Assembly: GCA_050273025.1 (NCBI GenBank)
Contig: CP158636.1
Location: 4,588,001-4,652,000, forward strand
DNA from: Cenococcum geophilum
Lineage: Eukaryota
Length of the DNA: 64,000 bases
Direction: 5' to 3'
In this document: positions 62,792-64,000 of the stretch, piece after piece
Layout: every line of letters starts with the position of its first letter
How positions within the stretch are numbered: position 1 is the first letter of the stretch
The notes under the pieces: model-generated
What the model was told of the DNA's origin: nothing
What the model saw: the letters and a program-made list of their open reading frames with translations, nothing else
The model's database searches: none
Made by a program: the position numbers and the translations under genes

Positions 62792-64000
62792 TGTCACGGC
62801 ACTGACCTGACACGTTGTTATGATTCAGTGTTGTCATGACACGAGCACGGACCTGACCCCTAAGCGACGTGTATATATACCACCTCACCTCCTACATAGA
62901 TCCTCACACGACATCGTTTGTCAATTATATACAGTTACCTCGTATATCGTACCTTGACAGTCCGCACGTACTGTGACAGTATATCGTGTCATCTTATACG
63001 CCCCTGGTAGGGCTTTGTTTCCACCGTTCCAAAGCTACGTTCTAAAGCTACGACCCTACCCCAGGCGGGATTCTTACCCTCATTCCACGTCAATGCGATC
63101 TAGTAAAATCTCTGTCAAATCTATTCAAGTACCCAAGCCGATCTCTCCGTCCACCCAAGTTTCTAGGCAGTAGGGAGACACCCTATGGGCTATAGTTTCT
63201 CTTTTTAGTCTCTAAGTTTCCTAGGCCGGTAGCAGGGAGACACCCTGTGGGCTATAGTTCCTCTTCTCAGTCTCCAAGTCTCCGTATTTAGCCATGCTTC
63301 TACTTCACGTCCCGAGTTTCTAAAGCCGGCTACAGGGAGACACCCTGCGGGCTATATCCTCGTGTCTTAATTATAGTATAAGACTATGGGTTACGATCTC
63401 GTCTCCGTCTCCGCCTCCGTCTCCGTCTTCGTCTTCAATAATGATATACTTTAAGTTTACCGCGACAAGAATCTACGTCTTAACCTTAATCTCCGTACTC
63501 CGAGCCTGTTAAATCTATACCTCGATCTCCGCACCCCAAGCCTTTTAAGTCTACGCAATAACCTCAATCTCCGTAACCCCCGAGCCTTTTAAGTCTACGC
63601 CTTAACCTTAATCTCCGCAACTTCGAGCCTTTTAAGAGTTAATATCCGCAATACGCCCCGCGGTTACATTTTTTTTCGTCTCCCCCGTTTTACCCTTTCG
63701 CCTTTAGCTTTATTTAGTGCTTGAGACGAGCACTAGCAGAGAGCGATATAGTAGGGATATAGGTAGAAGGGTCTGAGGACTATAAGGACAAGGACCTTTA
63801 AGGACTAGAAGGACGAGAACCTTTAAGGACTAAAAGGATAAGGATATGTGGTCTATTTTTTTACTTCCATATTTTTACTGCTGTTACTTAGCTTATAGGA
63901 GCTCGCCTTATTGGGAGGAATATACTATTACGGCACTGACCTAACACGTTATTATAATTTAGTGTTGTTATAACACGAGCACGGACCTAACCCCTAAGCG
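62792..64000 (+). mobile_element. Small non-autonomous LTR element (TRIM-like, ~1.3 kb); 3' LTR cut by window end
   Basis: 187-bp LTR tgtcacggc...ctgtgaca 62792-62978; second copy from 63926 preceded by purine tract gggaggaa; 947-bp interior of short repeats with no recognisable retroelement protein. Confidence 0.85.

Noticed and set aside
62973..63173. 66-aa ORF in the TRIM-like element
   Set aside because: GTG start inside the LTR end and no Gag-like features.

Overview
The whole 64 kb is a nest of transposable elements from a filamentous ascomycete. Most of it is eroded by Repeat-Induced Point mutation (RIP: CpA>TpA and TpG>TpA changes, many TAA/TAG stops), and I find no host gene. Intact target-site duplications (TSDs) let the nesting be rebuilt. 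The basal layer is a RIP-degraded element with a RecQ-like SF2 helicase gene. Inserted into it are (i) Gypsy family B, which holds a GalEa-type Copia and a Gypsy-A copy carrying a LINE fragment; (ii) a piggyBac-like transposon split by Gypsy-A copy 3, which holds Gypsy-A copy 4, a young gag-only Copia-type element with the only long intact ORF in the window, and a foldback-like MITE; (iii) a second GalEa Copia; and (iv) a Tad1-like LINE interrupted by a small TRIM-like LTR element. The most interesting observation is that all four Gypsy-A chromoviruses carry an antisense, intron-containing extra gene encoding a Zn(II)2Cys6-type cluster plus a hypervariable coiled coil. Protein readings of RIP-damaged regions are manual de-RIP reconstructions, domain boundaries are approximate, and no searches were run.
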